Below, piece by piece: positions 9,424 to 19,862 of a DNA stretch of 64,000 nt (position 1 is its first letter; each line of letters opens with the position of its first letter). This DNA comes from Leptospirillia bacterium. Its GTDB lineage: Bacteria; Nitrospirota; Leptospirillia; Leptospirillales; Leptospirillaceae. Location of the stretch: positions 32,042 to 96,041 of the forward strand of contig JBMFWG010000001.1 in the NCBI GenBank assembly GCA_049965515.1, read 5' to 3'. The position numbers and the translations under genes were made by a program. The notes beneath the pieces were generated by a model. The model did not search any database. It was not told where the DNA came from and saw nothing but the letters and a program-made list of their open reading frames with translations.

Positions 9424-9546
9424 TTAATGGACTCCGGTCGGAAGGAAGAAAGGATTCACACCGACATAGACAGAGAGACCACCCCAGACAACCGCAATGA
9501 TGATGGCCACGACCACAAGCCCTGCAGCACCTTTGTTCACATCCAT
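9424..9546 (-). CDS. 40-aa hydrophobic mini-protein (single TM), unannotated
   Basis: The ATG is preceded by GAGGAGG 7 nt upstream. Product is MDVNKGAAGLVVVAIIIAVVWGGLSVYVGVNPFFLPTGVH. It is below the ORF-track cutoff and lies between pnp and the terminator. Confidence 0.45.
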   Translation of the reverse strand: MDVNKGAAGLVVVAIIIAVVWGGLSVYVGVNPFFLPTGVH

Positions 9547-9737
9547 TGACAGACCTCCTCGATGATTGTCTCGTACAACTTCCCAACAAATACGCTGGGA
9601 GGGAAGCGAATGACTTCTGCCCGTTCCCTTTGAGGGCAGGCTTTGGCTAATGATCCCTGCCGAATCACCCGACTGATAAGACAGGTAGCATTATGGCAAA
9701 CCGGATTCAAAAAAACAAGAACGGATTCGACAACGAG

Positions 9738-11867
9738 CTAGTGGGTCCCAGCGGACCGTTTTTCGCGTCCCTCGCCTTCCTCGGCGATGGCATCCTTCCG
9801 GGAAAGACGAATTTTGCCCTGACGGTCCACTTCCAGGACCTTCACGACAATCTCGTCCCCCTCATTGACCACATCGGTCACCTTCTCGACGCGACGGGGT
9901 TCAAGCTGTGAAACATGGCAAAGACCGGTCGTTCCGGGCATGATTTCCACAAAAGCCCCATATTCCGCAACGGTCTTGACCTTACCAAGATAGATCTTGC
10001 CCACCTCGGCTTCAGCAACGATCTGATGAATAATTTCGATGGCTTTCTTCGCGGCTTCCTCATCAGCAGAGGCCACATGGATCACGCCAGAATCCTCGAT
10101 TTCGATCTTGGCACCCGTTCGCTCGGTAATGCTGCGAATCATCTTTCCGCCAGGACCAATGACCTCCCTGATCTTGTCTTGTTTGATCTGGATGGTCATG
10201 ATGCGAGGCGCATAAGGGGACATCTGGGAGCGGACGGAAGGCAATGCCTCCTTCATTTTTCCCATGATGTGAATCCGTCCGAGACGAGCCTGTTCGAGAG
10301 ACTTCTTCATGATCTCGAGGGTAATCCCCTTGATCTTGATATCCATCTGAACCGCCGTGACACCGACATCCGTCCCGGTCACCTTGAAATCCATATCACC
10401 CAGGTGATCCTCGATTCCCAGAATATCCGACAAAATTGCAATTCTATCCCCCTCCTTGATTAGGCCCATAGCAATTCCGGCAACGGGGGCCTTGATGGGA
10501 ATACCAGCATCCATCATGGCCAGAGTTCCGCCACAGACGGTGGCCATGGAGGTCGAGCCATTCGACTCGAGAATGTCGGAAACAAGCCGGATCGAATAGG
10601 GAAAGTCATCCTTTGACGGCAGAACCGGAATAAGGGCTCTCTCTGCTAGATTTCCGTGACCGATCTCCCGGCGCCCAGGTCCTCTCATAGGCTTGACTTC
10701 TCCCACCGAAAAAGCCGGGAAGTTGTAGTGGAGCATGAATCGCTTATGGGATTCTCCTTCGAGAGAATCGATCCGTTGCTCGTCGTCGGAAGTTCCAAGA
10801 GTCGCGACGGAAAGGCTCTGGGTCTCTCCTCGGGTAAAGAGAGCCGAGCCATGGGTCCGGGGAAGAATTCCAACCTCAATGGTGATGGGACGGATCTCCG
10901 TTGTCGAGCGACCATCGGCACGGATTCCACGATCTAGGACCATGGCACGCATGAGCTCTCGCTCGAGCTCATGGAATCCGTTGGAAAACTCCTTTTCCTC
11001 CATAGGGTCGGCAAATCCTTCGGGGAAAAGATCCTTGGCAAGATTGCCCCGAATCTCGGATGTTTTCTCCTCCCGAACCTTCTTGTCCGAAACAACCAGA
11101 ATTCCCGAAAGGGCCTCACGACCTCCTGAACGTATCTTTTCCATGAGCTCGGGACGCACGGGAACTTTCGGAAGAGGCCGTTTGGCCTTTCCTATCTTCT
11201 TCTGAAGATCTCTCTGGGCTGAGATAATCGGCTGGCAAGCTACATGGGCTGTCCGGATCGCCTCAAGAAAGAGCTCTTCGGAAACCTCATCCGCCTTGCC
11301 TTCTACCATCATGATGGCGTCGGCCGTTCCGGCCACCACGAGATCGAGACTCGATCGCTCCTGGATCTCAATGTCGGGGTTGATCACAAACTGACCATCC
11401 ACATAGCCGACACGAACAGCACCGAGCGGATCATCAAAGGGAATGTCGGAGATGGTCAACGCCGTTGAGGCCGCCACAACAGCCATCACGTCAGTCACCC
11501 CGCTCCGGTCGGCGGAAACGACGGAGGCAATCACCTGAGTGTCGTAGTAGAAGCCTTCCGGAAACAGCGGACGCAGAGGACGGTCGACGAGGCGACTGTT
11601 CAATATCTCTCGTTCAGACGGCTTGCCTTCTCTTTTGAAGAATCCTCCCGGAATTTTTCCCGCGGCATAGGCGCGCTCTTGGTAGTCCACTGTCAGAGGA
11701 AGAAAATCGGTTCCCGGCTTGACTGTCTTTGCCGCAACAGCTGTGGCGATAATGACTGTCCCCTCGACCCAGAGAACCGCGGCTCCGTCGGCCTGGCGAG
11801 CCATACGACCTGTCTCGATCCTGACCGTCTTTCCTCCGACGGCGACTTCAACTGTAACTGGCTTCAT
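9738..11867 (-). CDS. pnp: polyribonucleotide nucleotidyltransferase (PNPase)
   Basis: 709 aa with two RNase PH domains, a KH domain, and a C-terminal S1 domain ([15 protein letters not shown]). Confidence 0.97.
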   Translation of the reverse strand: MKPVTVEVAVGGKTVRIETGRMARQADGAAVLWVEGTVIIATAVAAKTVKPGTDFLPLTVDYQERAYAAGKIPGGFFKREGKPSEREILNSRLVDRPLRPLFPEGFYYDTQVIASVVSADRSGVTDVMAVVAASTALTISDIPFDDPLGAVRVGYVDGQFVINPDIEIQERSSLDLVVAGTADAIMMVEGKADEVSEELFLEAIRTAHVACQPIISAQRDLQKKIGKAKRPLPKVPVRPELMEKIRSGGREALSGILVVSDKKVREEKTSEIRGNLAKDLFPEGFADPMEEKEFSNGFHELERELMRAMVLDRGIRADGRSTTEIRPITIEVGILPRTHGSALFTRGETQSLSVATLGTSDDEQRIDSLEGESHKRFMLHYNFPAFSVGEVKPMRGPGRREIGHGNLAERALIPVLPSKDDFPYSIRLVSDILESNGSTSMATVCGGTLAMMDAGIPIKAPVAGIAMGLIKEGDRIAILSDILGIEDHLGDMDFKVTGTDVGVTAVQMDIKIKGITLEIMKKSLEQARLGRIHIMGKMKEALPSVRSQMSPYAPRIMTIQIKQDKIREVIGPGGKMIRSITERTGAKIEIEDSGVIHVASADEEAAKKAIEIIHQIVAEAEVGKIYLGKVKTVAEYGAFVEIMPGTTGLCHVSQLEPRRVEKVTDVVNEGDEIVVKVLEVDRQGKIRLSRKDAIAEEGEGREKRSAGTH

Positions 11868-12034
11868 TCTGGGAGGGATCCTTTCCGGGTTCGTGTTTCA
11901 CGAGATATCGTTGATTGAAAAGCAGTTGAGCCGTCTGCTACAGGAAAATCCCGGGCAGGCCCTCAATGCACCTTGTGGCCGTTGAGAGATGGCTATCCAG
12001 ATTATCCGTTCGGGATTCAGGTCTGACCTAGCGC

Positions 12035-12304
12035 CTAGCGGCGAAGACCAAGGCGACTGATGATTTCCTGGTACTTGGCCGGATTGTTTGACTGGAGGTA
12101 TTTGAGATGGCGTCTCCTGCGGCTCACCATCAGAAGGAGACCTCGTCGGGAATGGACATCCTTCGGAAATTTCTTGAAGTGCTCTCCTAGCTGGTTGATA
12201 CGCTCGGTCAGGATGGCAACCTGAACTTCAACAGATCCAGTATCATTACCAGAAATCTTAAAAGACTCGATGACTTCCTGCTTCTTTTCCTTGCTTAATG
12301 CCAT
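12035..12304 (-). CDS. rpsO: 30S ribosomal protein S15
   Basis: 89 aa with [48 protein letters not shown]. Confidence 0.97.
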   Translation of the reverse strand: MALSKEKKQEVIESFKISGNDTGSVEVQVAILTERINQLGEHFKKFPKDVHSRRGLLLMVSRRRRHLKYLQSNNPAKYQEIISRLGLRR

Positions 12305-12390
12305 GAGAAAAACTCCCTAGTTAAAAACGATCTGTTGGCCCGAATGAGCCCGTGATTTGGCATGGTCTCGGCACCCCGCGACACACGTTC

Positions 12391-12416
12391 GGCTCCGGAG
12401 AGTCCCCTCCGGAGCC
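12391..12416 (-). promoter_or_regulatory. GC-rich perfect 10-bp stem-loop between truB and rpsO
   Basis: GGCUCCGGAG-6 nt-CUCCGGAGCC, 8 nt after the truB stop. It has no U-tract. Confidence 0.4.
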
Positions 12417-12423
12417 CTGCTTC

Positions 12424-13386
12424 CTAGAATACGAGCGAGACCCTCGCAAAGGGGATTCCCAATGGGAAATCTCCCAAGTTCTCACCCTCGCGAAGGGCTT
12501 CTGCAAGCGCCCGGATTTTTCCATCCTGTCCAAGTATTCTAATCATATCCTTCATGTGAAACAATCCTTCACGGCGAAAAATTGCCGTTGCCGGCAAAAG
12601 GGCGCCCTTAAGAAGGCGGGAGGATGCTTCTCCAAGGAGACGGACTCCCGGAAGGGCATCAAAAACCCGATCCGGGCCCAATAGGTTCCTGATGAAATCA
12701 GAAGCGCCCCACTCTTTTTCTATGACAGAAAGAGCCGTGGATTCGGCCAGCGAAAAGGTCCCCACTGACAATCGTCGAAGCCTGCTAAGATGCGCCCCCG
12801 TGGACAGGACCTCGCCAATCTCTCGCGCCAGCACCCGAATATATGTCCCTTTCGAACAATGCACCCGAAAGGTCAGAACCGGAGGCTTCACCGCAAGGAG
12901 TTCCAGGGAATAGATTTCGATCCTGCGGGGTTCCCGGGGAACCGTCACCCCTTTTCTGGCGAGCTTGTAGAGAGGAACTCCCTGCTGCTTCACTGCCGAG
13001 TACATGGGAGGCTGTTGAAGTCTCTTTCCTTCGAACTCTCTTGCCAGAGCCCTTAAGCGCGTAGAGGAAAGATCCTCCGGAACAGAAAAGGTGGAGACAA
13101 CCACTCCCGTACTGTCATCCGTATCGGTTATGGCCCCGAGGGTCAGGTCAAACTCGTAGGACTTGTCATCCGCCAGAATAAAGGACGACATTTTTGTCGC
13201 CTCCCCCACGAGAAGGGGCAGGAGTCCCGAAGCCATCGGGTCCAGAGTTCCACCGTGGCCAACCTTATCAATCCCAGAAAGCTTTCTGACCCGATGAACA
13301 ATATCGTGAGACGTTGGTCCGGATGGTTTATCCACCAGGAGCATCCCTGAGACTTTGGCCGGATTCTCTGGGTCAAAAAAGGTCAC
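12424..13386 (-). CDS. truB: tRNA pseudouridine(55) synthase
   Basis: 320 aa with GMLLVDKPSGPTSHD and GHGGTLDPMASG (catalytic Asp). GTGA overlap with rbfA. Confidence 0.95.
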   Translation of the reverse strand: MTFFDPENPAKVSGMLLVDKPSGPTSHDIVHRVRKLSGIDKVGHGGTLDPMASGLLPLLVGEATKMSSFILADDKSYEFDLTLGAITDTDDSTGVVVSTFSVPEDLSSTRLRALAREFEGKRLQQPPMYSAVKQQGVPLYKLARKGVTVPREPRRIEIYSLELLAVKPPVLTFRVHCSKGTYIRVLAREIGEVLSTGAHLSRLRRLSVGTFSLAESTALSVIEKEWGASDFIRNLLGPDRVFDALPGVRLLGEASSRLLKGALLPATAIFRREGLFHMKDMIRILGQDGKIRALAEALREGENLGDFPLGIPFARVSLVF

Positions 13387-13745
13387 GGGGCATCGTCCCG
13401 GGAGATTTCATCAAGAAGAGATTCTATTCTTCCCTCTTCGTCATTTCCCTTGTCATGAGTGAAGGAAAGACGGGGAATGTATTTAATTCGGAGCTGACTG
13501 GCCATCTCCTTCCGCAGGATCGGAGAATGGCGCTCCAAAATCTCTCCCATGGAATGGGGATCCTCTCCTGGAAAGACGGCAAAAAATACCGTGGCATTTC
13601 GAAGATCATCAGAGAGACGAACCCTTGTAATGGTCACGCTGGCAATACGGGGTTCCCGGAAGTAGCGTGCCACAACGGTTGCCATGATTTCCCGGATTTC
13701 GGAGGCCACCCTGTCAGCCCGGCGAAAGCCATAGTCCTTTCTCAC
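13383..13745 (-). CDS. rbfA: ribosome-binding factor A
   Basis: 120 aa with RVASEIREIMATVV..ITRVRLSDDLRNATVFF. GTG start overlaps the upstream stop. Confidence 0.9.
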   Translation of the reverse strand: MRKDYGFRRADRVASEIREIMATVVARYFREPRIASVTITRVRLSDDLRNATVFFAVFPGEDPHSMGEILERHSPILRKEMASQLRIKYIPRLSFTHDKGNDEEGRIESLLDEISRDDAP

Positions 13746-14089
13746 AGGACCTCCTGGTGAACATCTTGAAGTTCAACAAAGGGATCGGAGCGAAAAAGGT
13801 CAATCACCTTTTCGAAGATCCTGGCGTGCAGATCAGAATCTGCACTGATCATGACAGCCTCGACAACCGACCGCTGCCATAGATCCTGATATCCCGTTTC
13901 TGCCACAGAAACAGGAAATCGCTCCCTGACTCGGGAGAGCAAACTCTGGAGAACCTGCCGCTTGTCTTTCAGCGAGCGGGCATTCGGGATAAAGAGAACA
14001 AGAACAAGATGTCCGATAGCCGAACGCTTCTCTGGATTTTTGTCATGAGGATATCGTTTCAAGCTTTCCGGCCACTTTTTCCTGGACAA
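13742..14089 (-). CDS. DUF503 (YlxP-like) protein
   Basis: 115 aa with [23 protein letters not shown] and [11 protein letters not shown]. It sits between infB and rbfA, as ylxP does in Bacillus. The start is uncertain: the ATG at 14089 overlaps infB by 47 nt, and an alternative TTG lies at 14062. Confidence 0.75.
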   Translation of the reverse strand: MSRKKWPESLKRYPHDKNPEKRSAIGHLVLVLFIPNARSLKDKRQVLQSLLSRVRERFPVSVAETGYQDLWQRSVVEAVMISADSDLHARIFEKVIDLFRSDPFVELQDVHQEVL

Positions 14090-16667
14090 AGCATTCGATC
14101 AAATCACCTGTCTTGATATCCCGATAGTTCTCAATGGAGATTCCGCATTCGTACCCGGCGGCGACTTCCCTCACATCATCCTTGAATCTTTTAAGGGCCT
14201 CGATCTTCCCTTCGTAGGTGACAACACCATCCCGGATCAGCTTCACGATTGTCCCGGCACGCTGGATCATTCCCTCAGAGACATAACATCCGGCCACGGT
14301 CCCCACGCGGCTGATGTTGTAAACCTGACGGACCTCGGCACGTCCAAGGAACTTCTCACGGATCACAGGAGAGAGCATTCCTTCCATTGCCTTCCGTACA
14401 TCCTCAACGGCATCGTAGATGACCGAGTAGAATTTCATCTCGACCTTCTCCCTTTCCGCAAGGGCCAGGGCCTTCGGTTCTGGGCGAACATTGAAGCCAA
14501 ATATCACGGCATTAGATGCTTGGGCGAGAAGAACATCCGTCTCCCGGATCCCCCCCACGCCTTCATGGATAAAGCGAACCCGGACCTTCGAGTTTTCAAG
14601 TTTCCCAATCGCCTGACGGATCGGTTCGATCGAGCCCTGAACATCGACCTTGAGGATAAGGTTCAGATCCTTAATGACTCCCTCTTCGATCTGACTGTAG
14701 AGATCTTCAAGAGTCACCTTCTTTGTCTGAAGCAGCTGGGCAGCTCTGTGGCGTGCCTGACGGGCCATGGCCACCTGACGACCAAGCTTTTCGTCTTCAA
14801 CGGCCACAAAAACGTCGCCAGGCTGAGGCATCCCATCGAGGCCCACAACCTCGGCGGAATGCGAGGGAGTGACGTTATTGACCTTGTGGCCATAGGCATC
14901 ATTCAGACTTCTCACCCGTCCGACCTGGGCCCCGAGAACAAGGAAGTTCCCCACACGCAGGGTCCCTTTCTGAACCAGAACCGACGCCACGATCCCCCTT
15001 CCGCGATCAAGTCGGGACTCAATCACCAGTCCCCGGGCCCGACGGTTTGGATTGGCCTTAAGATCAAGGACATCGGCCTGCAGAAGGATCATTTCGAGAA
15101 GGTGATCCAATCCCGTCCGTTTTTTTGCCGATACGGGGCAATAGATGGTCGATCCCCCCCACTCTTCCGGAGATAGCCCATGCTCAGCTAGTGCCTGTTT
15201 CACACGATCCGGATTCGCTTCTGGTTTGTCGATCTTGTTAAGCGCCACCACAATCGGAACGTCTGCTGCCTTGGCATGGTTAATGGCCTCAAGAGTCTGC
15301 GGCATGACACCGTCATCGGCTGCGACGACAAGAACCACCACATCGGTAGCCTTAGCCCCACGAGCACGCATTGCGGTAAAGGCCTCATGGCCAGGAGTAT
15401 CTAGGAAGGTGATGTCACGGCCATTAATGGAAACCGTATAGGCGCCGATATGCTGAGTGATTCCTCCCGCTTCCCCTTCCGCCACCTTGCTTTTTCTGAT
15501 GGCATCAAGCAGAGAAGTCTTTCCGTGGTCAGTATGGCCCATGATGGTCACCACAGGCGGACGGGGCACGAGGTCCGCATCGGAGTCTTCGGTTTCTCCG
15601 AGAATGGCATCCTCTGGCTCTTCCTGCTGGATCTCGACGGCAATCCCCATTTGTTCCGCCACAAGAAGGGCCGCATCGGGATCGACCGGCTCTGTAATCG
15701 TGGTCATTACCCCCATGGACATCAACCGCACAATGACATCCTGAACCTTAACCCCCATGCGATCGGCAAACTCTTTAACACTGATGCCGGCATCGATACG
15801 AATGGACTTCTTGCGGGCCTTGGTTCCGTCAAGGGGGGCCACCCCTCCCTTGCGAGAATCAGATCCCCCCTTCCCTTTCTTTTTGAAGGGAGTCGCTTTT
15901 TTGAAGGCCGGTCGAGGAAAGGAGGGACGTGACGTTGGCGGCACCTCAGGAGGGAGTCCCGGTGCGACAGTTTTAATGGCCGGAGTTGTGGGAGAGGGTT
16001 GGCGGGTCGCGGCCTCTCTTTCTCCCGTCTCGTCAAGGTCGACAAAGTCCTCCTCCCTGAGGAGGTGAAGACGATCCAGCTTCTGATTTTTTTCTTTGGC
16101 CCCCTTAACCGCCTTCCCTTTTTTCTCAGAAGCGCCAGCACGCTCTTTCAAGGCTTTTTCTTTTTCTGCAGCGGGAAGGGGAGTGCCGGAGGGACGTGTC
16201 GACTTTTCTACCTCAAGTGGCTCAGTCCATGTCTCCACGGGAATTCTCGTCAGGAGATCGGGTGGTACGGTTGGAGCGGGAGGAGCCTGTGCCTTGATTG
16301 GCTCTTCCGGTGCAGGCTTCTCCTTGGGGGCCGAGGGCTTCGCTACGATCTTTTCATCATGACTCTCCTCCTTTACCGGGGAAGAAGAGGAAGAGACGGA
16401 AGATTCATCAACCGCAGTCTCTTGAGGCAGAGGAGTTGCCAAAGACTCCTCTGCAGGAGCCGATGAGGCTTTTTTCTTGATAAGGATCGGCTTCTTTGGG
16501 GGCTCGGGAGACTCACTCCCTTTTTTCATTTTTTGGCGAACAGTCGCGACTGCCCGTTCATCCAGAGTGGCCATGTGCGAAGGCGCATGGATGCCCCAGA
16601 GATTGAGCTTGGCCAAAAGTGCCTTGCTTTCCATTTTGAGCTCGCGCGCCAGTTCATAAACTTTCAA
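14043..16667 (-). CDS. infB: translation initiation factor IF-2
   Basis: 874 aa with a TTG start after GAGGGGGAG. GTPase motifs [17 protein letters not shown] and NKID, plus a low-complexity N-terminal region. Confidence 0.97.
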   Translation of the reverse strand: MKVYELARELKMESKALLAKLNLWGIHAPSHMATLDERAVATVRQKMKKGSESPEPPKKPILIKKKASSAPAEESLATPLPQETAVDESSVSSSSSPVKEESHDEKIVAKPSAPKEKPAPEEPIKAQAPPAPTVPPDLLTRIPVETWTEPLEVEKSTRPSGTPLPAAEKEKALKERAGASEKKGKAVKGAKEKNQKLDRLHLLREEDFVDLDETGEREAATRQPSPTTPAIKTVAPGLPPEVPPTSRPSFPRPAFKKATPFKKKGKGGSDSRKGGVAPLDGTKARKKSIRIDAGISVKEFADRMGVKVQDVIVRLMSMGVMTTITEPVDPDAALLVAEQMGIAVEIQQEEPEDAILGETEDSDADLVPRPPVVTIMGHTDHGKTSLLDAIRKSKVAEGEAGGITQHIGAYTVSINGRDITFLDTPGHEAFTAMRARGAKATDVVVLVVAADDGVMPQTLEAINHAKAADVPIVVALNKIDKPEANPDRVKQALAEHGLSPEEWGGSTIYCPVSAKKRTGLDHLLEMILLQADVLDLKANPNRRARGLVIESRLDRGRGIVASVLVQKGTLRVGNFLVLGAQVGRVRSLNDAYGHKVNNVTPSHSAEVVGLDGMPQPGDVFVAVEDEKLGRQVAMARQARHRAAQLLQTKKVTLEDLYSQIEEGVIKDLNLILKVDVQGSIEPIRQAIGKLENSKVRVRFIHEGVGGIRETDVLLAQASNAVIFGFNVRPEPKALALAEREKVEMKFYSVIYDAVEDVRKAMEGMLSPVIREKFLGRAEVRQVYNISRVGTVAGCYVSEGMIQRAGTIVKLIRDGVVTYEGKIEALKRFKDDVREVAAGYECGISIENYRDIKTGDLIECFVQEKVAGKLETISS

Positions 16668-16742
16668 TGAAACTCCCCCTCATCTATCCGAAACATCTCG
16701 TTATCCAAAAGTCACTTGCCTGAGGGCCCTTCGTTATCCTTG

Positions 16743-18074
16743 TCAGGAGGCAGGATCCTCAGATGAAACTCCCGACGGCTTGGGATATCCCAGAAAGTCC
16801 CGAGCCGTTTCCACAAGCTTTGCTGCGGTCTTTGGACCCAAACGAGGCAGAACGGCAATGTCGTCAATATTGGCTTCGGCAATCTTTTCCACGGTATCGT
16901 AACCTGCTGCCTTTAGGGCATCGGCCACATTTCCCCCCATGCCTGGAAGGTCTTCGATTCCCAAAAGTGATGGAGTCGTCTCCGGATGCTCCTCTTCGGC
17001 TCCGTCGCCACCTGAACGAGCCTGGCGATCAGCCTCATACTGCTGCTCACTAAAGATGTCGATCTTCCAGCCTGTTAGCTTCGCCGCGAGGCGAACATTC
17101 TGTCCACGTCGACCAATTGAGAGCGAGAGTTGCTGGTTGGCAACCACCACTGTTGCCACCTTGTCAAATTCAGAGTCGCGTGTAGCCACCCGCAGAACCT
17201 TTGCAGGAGAGAGCGCCCGGGCAATGAATGTTCCTGGATCAGGGCTCCAGTCAATTATATCAATCTTTTCCCCATGGATTTCGCGAACAATGGCTTGCAC
17301 ACGAGATCCCTTCACTCCGACACAAGATCCGACGGGATCAATATTAGGATCCCGGGACAGAACAGCCACTTTGGCGCGCTCACCCGGATCCCGCACAACA
17401 GCCTTGATCTCTATCAAGCCCTCACTGATTTCCGGGACCTCTTTCTCAAAAAGTCTCGCCAGAAAATCCGGATGGGTCCGACTCAGAATCAGTTGGGGAC
17501 CTCGCGTGGTGGTTCGGATATCCAGAAGAAGGGCCTTGACACGATCCCCACGATGAAAGGACTCTCGGGGAATCTGCTCCTTGAAAGGGAGCACCGCTTC
17601 GGTTTTCCCCAAGTCGATGATGAAGTTTCTCTTTTCTTGGCCAATATAAACGCCGGCAACAACATTTCCCTTACGGCCCCCAAACTCCTTGGCCACAACC
17701 GACCATTCAGCTTCTCGGACCTTCTGGAAAATCACCTGCTTGGCAGCCTGAGCCGCCACTCTCCCGAAATCATCAATCTCAAGATAGGCACCAATTTCAT
17801 CCCCCACCTCTGCCTCGGGATCCGACTCCTTTGCCTCGGCGAGAGAGACCTCTTCCATGGGGTGGACGACATCCTCAACAATCCTCCTCAAATGCAGAAT
17901 CTGTATCTCCCCTGTTCGGGAATCGATCTCCACCTGAAAATTATCCCCGCCGCCATAACGCTTCTTTGCCGCGGTGAGAATCGCGGATTGCATCGCCTCG
18001 ATCAGGGTTTCCTGAGGAATTCCCTTTTCCCGGTGAAGCTGGTCGATAACACTTAAAAGCTCCTGATTAACCAT
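16743..18074 (-). CDS. nusA: transcription termination/antitermination factor NusA
   Basis: 443 aa with N-terminal, S1 and two KH domains, plus a C-terminal HhH-like repeat. Confidence 0.97.
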   Translation of the reverse strand: MVNQELLSVIDQLHREKGIPQETLIEAMQSAILTAAKKRYGGGDNFQVEIDSRTGEIQILHLRRIVEDVVHPMEEVSLAEAKESDPEAEVGDEIGAYLEIDDFGRVAAQAAKQVIFQKVREAEWSVVAKEFGGRKGNVVAGVYIGQEKRNFIIDLGKTEAVLPFKEQIPRESFHRGDRVKALLLDIRTTTRGPQLILSRTHPDFLARLFEKEVPEISEGLIEIKAVVRDPGERAKVAVLSRDPNIDPVGSCVGVKGSRVQAIVREIHGEKIDIIDWSPDPGTFIARALSPAKVLRVATRDSEFDKVATVVVANQQLSLSIGRRGQNVRLAAKLTGWKIDIFSEQQYEADRQARSGGDGAEEEHPETTPSLLGIEDLPGMGGNVADALKAAGYDTVEKIAEANIDDIAVLPRLGPKTAAKLVETARDFLGYPKPSGVSSEDPAS

Positions 18075-18190
18075 TCATGTCTCCCAAACAGGTAGAGATG
18101 CTTCCAAAAACCGGCAGAATCCCCGGAAATGTCCTTAATCGTCCCATTGGCTCTTTGCATGCCTCAATCGCCAAGGACTTACCCATGGAG

Positions 18191-18706
18191 CTACTTTTTG
18201 TCCCCTTTTTCTTGCGCAGGAGGAACAGGTCGCCAAAACTCTGCCTGAACACTCCGAAGCTGAAGAAATGGAACTTCAAGGATAAGGGATTTCTTTCCAG
18301 CATCCATATGGAGAGAAAATCCCGTATCCCCGACGGAACCAATCCGCCCCTTGAGGACTTTCTGTCCATCAATGGGATCAACGAGCTTGAGATTCACCCA
18401 CTTTCCCTCGTTCTTCCGAAGGTCCTCTGGAATTTTGAGGAGCCGGTCGAGACCAGGCGAACTTACCTCGAGATGGTAGCGGCCAGGAAACGGGTCAAGA
18501 ACGTCCAGCAAGACGCTGACACGACGACTGACGCTTTCGATCTGATCGATCGTCACACCCTCGGGGCCGTCGACAAAAACCCGCAGAACTCCGCCACTTT
18601 TCTTGGGGAGGACAAGATCGTAAAGTGTCAGTCCCATTGAATCAAGGAGAAGAGTGATCTCTTCAGTCAAACGCTCGGAGGGGGGTGTTGCGGGATTATC
18701 AGACAT
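18191..18706 (-). CDS. rimP: ribosome maturation factor RimP
   Basis: 171 aa with GLTLYDLVL..LRVFVDGPEGVTIDQIESVSRRVSVLLD. It sits upstream of nusA. Confidence 0.9.
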   Translation of the reverse strand: MSDNPATPPSERLTEEITLLLDSMGLTLYDLVLPKKSGGVLRVFVDGPEGVTIDQIESVSRRVSVLLDVLDPFPGRYHLEVSSPGLDRLLKIPEDLRKNEGKWVNLKLVDPIDGQKVLKGRIGSVGDTGFSLHMDAGKKSLILEVPFLQLRSVQAEFWRPVPPAQEKGDKK

Positions 18707-18777
18707 ATTTTACTACTCTCCAATAAAAAATCAACAAGCGATCGATCCAACTTCATGTTAGGCGACCAAAGATATTC

Positions 18778-18993
18778 TTAGTGCGTCTCGACGGGCGTAC
18801 CCAACGGTGGCTTGTCCGCATAGGGAATAAAGGAATGTGCCCCCCCATCGATTGGGGTGGGGGAAGCGAGCTTCACCGGAGGTGTTGCCGTCTTTCCGCT
18901 TTGGGAGGGCTCTTTGGGTGTGGAGTGACATCCCGACATCATCAACAGCCCGACCACAAGAACCCCGGAGGCTCGAACATAACGTAATTTCAT
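18778..18993 (-). CDS. small lipoprotein, unknown function
   Basis: Signal peptide with a lipobox (MKLRYVRASGVLVVGLLMMSG-C). AGGAG lies 8 nt upstream of the ATG at 18993; the ORF track starts it at the GTG at 18999. Confidence 0.5.
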   Translation of the reverse strand: MKLRYVRASGVLVVGLLMMSGCHSTPKEPSQSGKTATPPVKLASPTPIDGGAHSFIPYADKPPLGTPVETH

Positions 18994-19011
18994 TACCACA
19001 GCTCCTGCCTG

Positions 19012-19617
19012 TCAAAAATGAAAGAACATGAGAAACCCGTTGAGAAACGCAAGGGCGCCCAACCCGCCCAAGGACATACTGACATACCAAAGAGAGTTTC
19101 TTCGGAGCATTACTGCCATGGAGGAGAGGACGATGCTTATCTGGAAGCAGACCACACTAAGGGCAAATGCATGGTGATGCTCCAAGGCCTTATCAGAGAG
19201 AAGGTTCATCTTATCGCGCTCTTTTTCGAACTCGAGTGCCTTTATCTTGATTTTTCCAACCTGCCCCTTGTACTTTTTCACAAGAGCGGCAAGGCGAGCT
19301 TTTTCTTCGGGCGACGACTTAAAGAATTCCACCAGGTGTGCCTGATTCGACGACATATGGAGCTTTATTTTCTTCGCCTGGTAGAAAGACCACTGATCGG
19401 ACGCCTTTGCTTGGTAAAAAATCGCCGAGTTCTTTAACATGATTGCCTCGGAGGTTTTTTGCTCTGACTCCAGGTTCGAAAGAGCGGCAAAGACGGCGAG
19501 GATCGACGTAGTAAGAGCCACCCGAATGTTCCATTGATCCCGCTTCTCCTCCCGTTTTTCGATGGATTCGCTAAGGGACTCCATCAATTCATGGGCTTCA
19601 AGAGATTCCTGACTCAC
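19012..19617 (-). CDS. DUF4337-like membrane protein
   Basis: 201 aa with a GTG start. Coiled N-terminal part containing ASDQWSFYQAKKIK, and two C-terminal TM helices. Confidence 0.65.
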   Translation of the reverse strand: MSQESLEAHELMESLSESIEKREEKRDQWNIRVALTTSILAVFAALSNLESEQKTSEAIMLKNSAIFYQAKASDQWSFYQAKKIKLHMSSNQAHLVEFFKSSPEEKARLAALVKKYKGQVGKIKIKALEFEKERDKMNLLSDKALEHHHAFALSVVCFQISIVLSSMAVMLRRNSLWYVSMSLGGLGALAFLNGFLMFFHF

Positions 19618-19786
19618 CTTTCAGTCCTTTCCTGTCGACTCCTGTCGATCATCGATCGTCGAAACAGAATCCTGCTTCAATATGTTCTGATTTTTAATCT
19701 TACCAGATTGAACCGAGTTGGGCGACACAAGGAAAAATGAGGCAAAAAGACCGAGGTTTACAAGAGGCGTCAATCGTAAATAGGGG

Positions 19787-19862
19787 TGGAGCTCCTGGTC
19801 GGAATTGAACCGACAACCTTCCGCTTACAAGGCGGGTGCTCTGCCGATTGAGCTACAGGAGC
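19787..19862 (-). tRNA. tRNA-Thr (anticodon UGU)
   Basis: 76 nt: GCTCCTG acceptor, TAGCTCAATCGGCAGAGCA D-arm, anticodon loop CTTGTAA, GGTTCAATTCC T-arm, encoded CCA. Confidence 0.9.

Noticed and set aside
9269-9589. 106-aa Cys/His-rich ORF (CEQRCCRACGRGHHHCGC...), which could look like a metal-binding or RiPP-like peptide.
   Set aside because: It has no SD, runs straight through the strong terminator hairpin (9315-9346), and overlaps in another frame the SD-preceded 40-aa ORF. The Cys/His richness comes from reading the TM-coding GC-rich sequence out of frame.
11868-12034. The rpsO-pnp leader, searched for an E. coli-like long RNase III hairpin or a clear rpsO terminator.
   Set aside because: Only weak stems are present, for example AGCAG-9 nt-CUGCU followed by UUUCAAU at 11915-11940. 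That is not enough to call a feature.
14043-14089. The 47-nt overlap of the DUF503 ORF with infB, considered as a frameshift or fusion.
   Set aside because: Both frames are intact. The conserved DUF503 core starts well after the overlap, so a later non-ATG start (for example the TTG at 14062) explains it.
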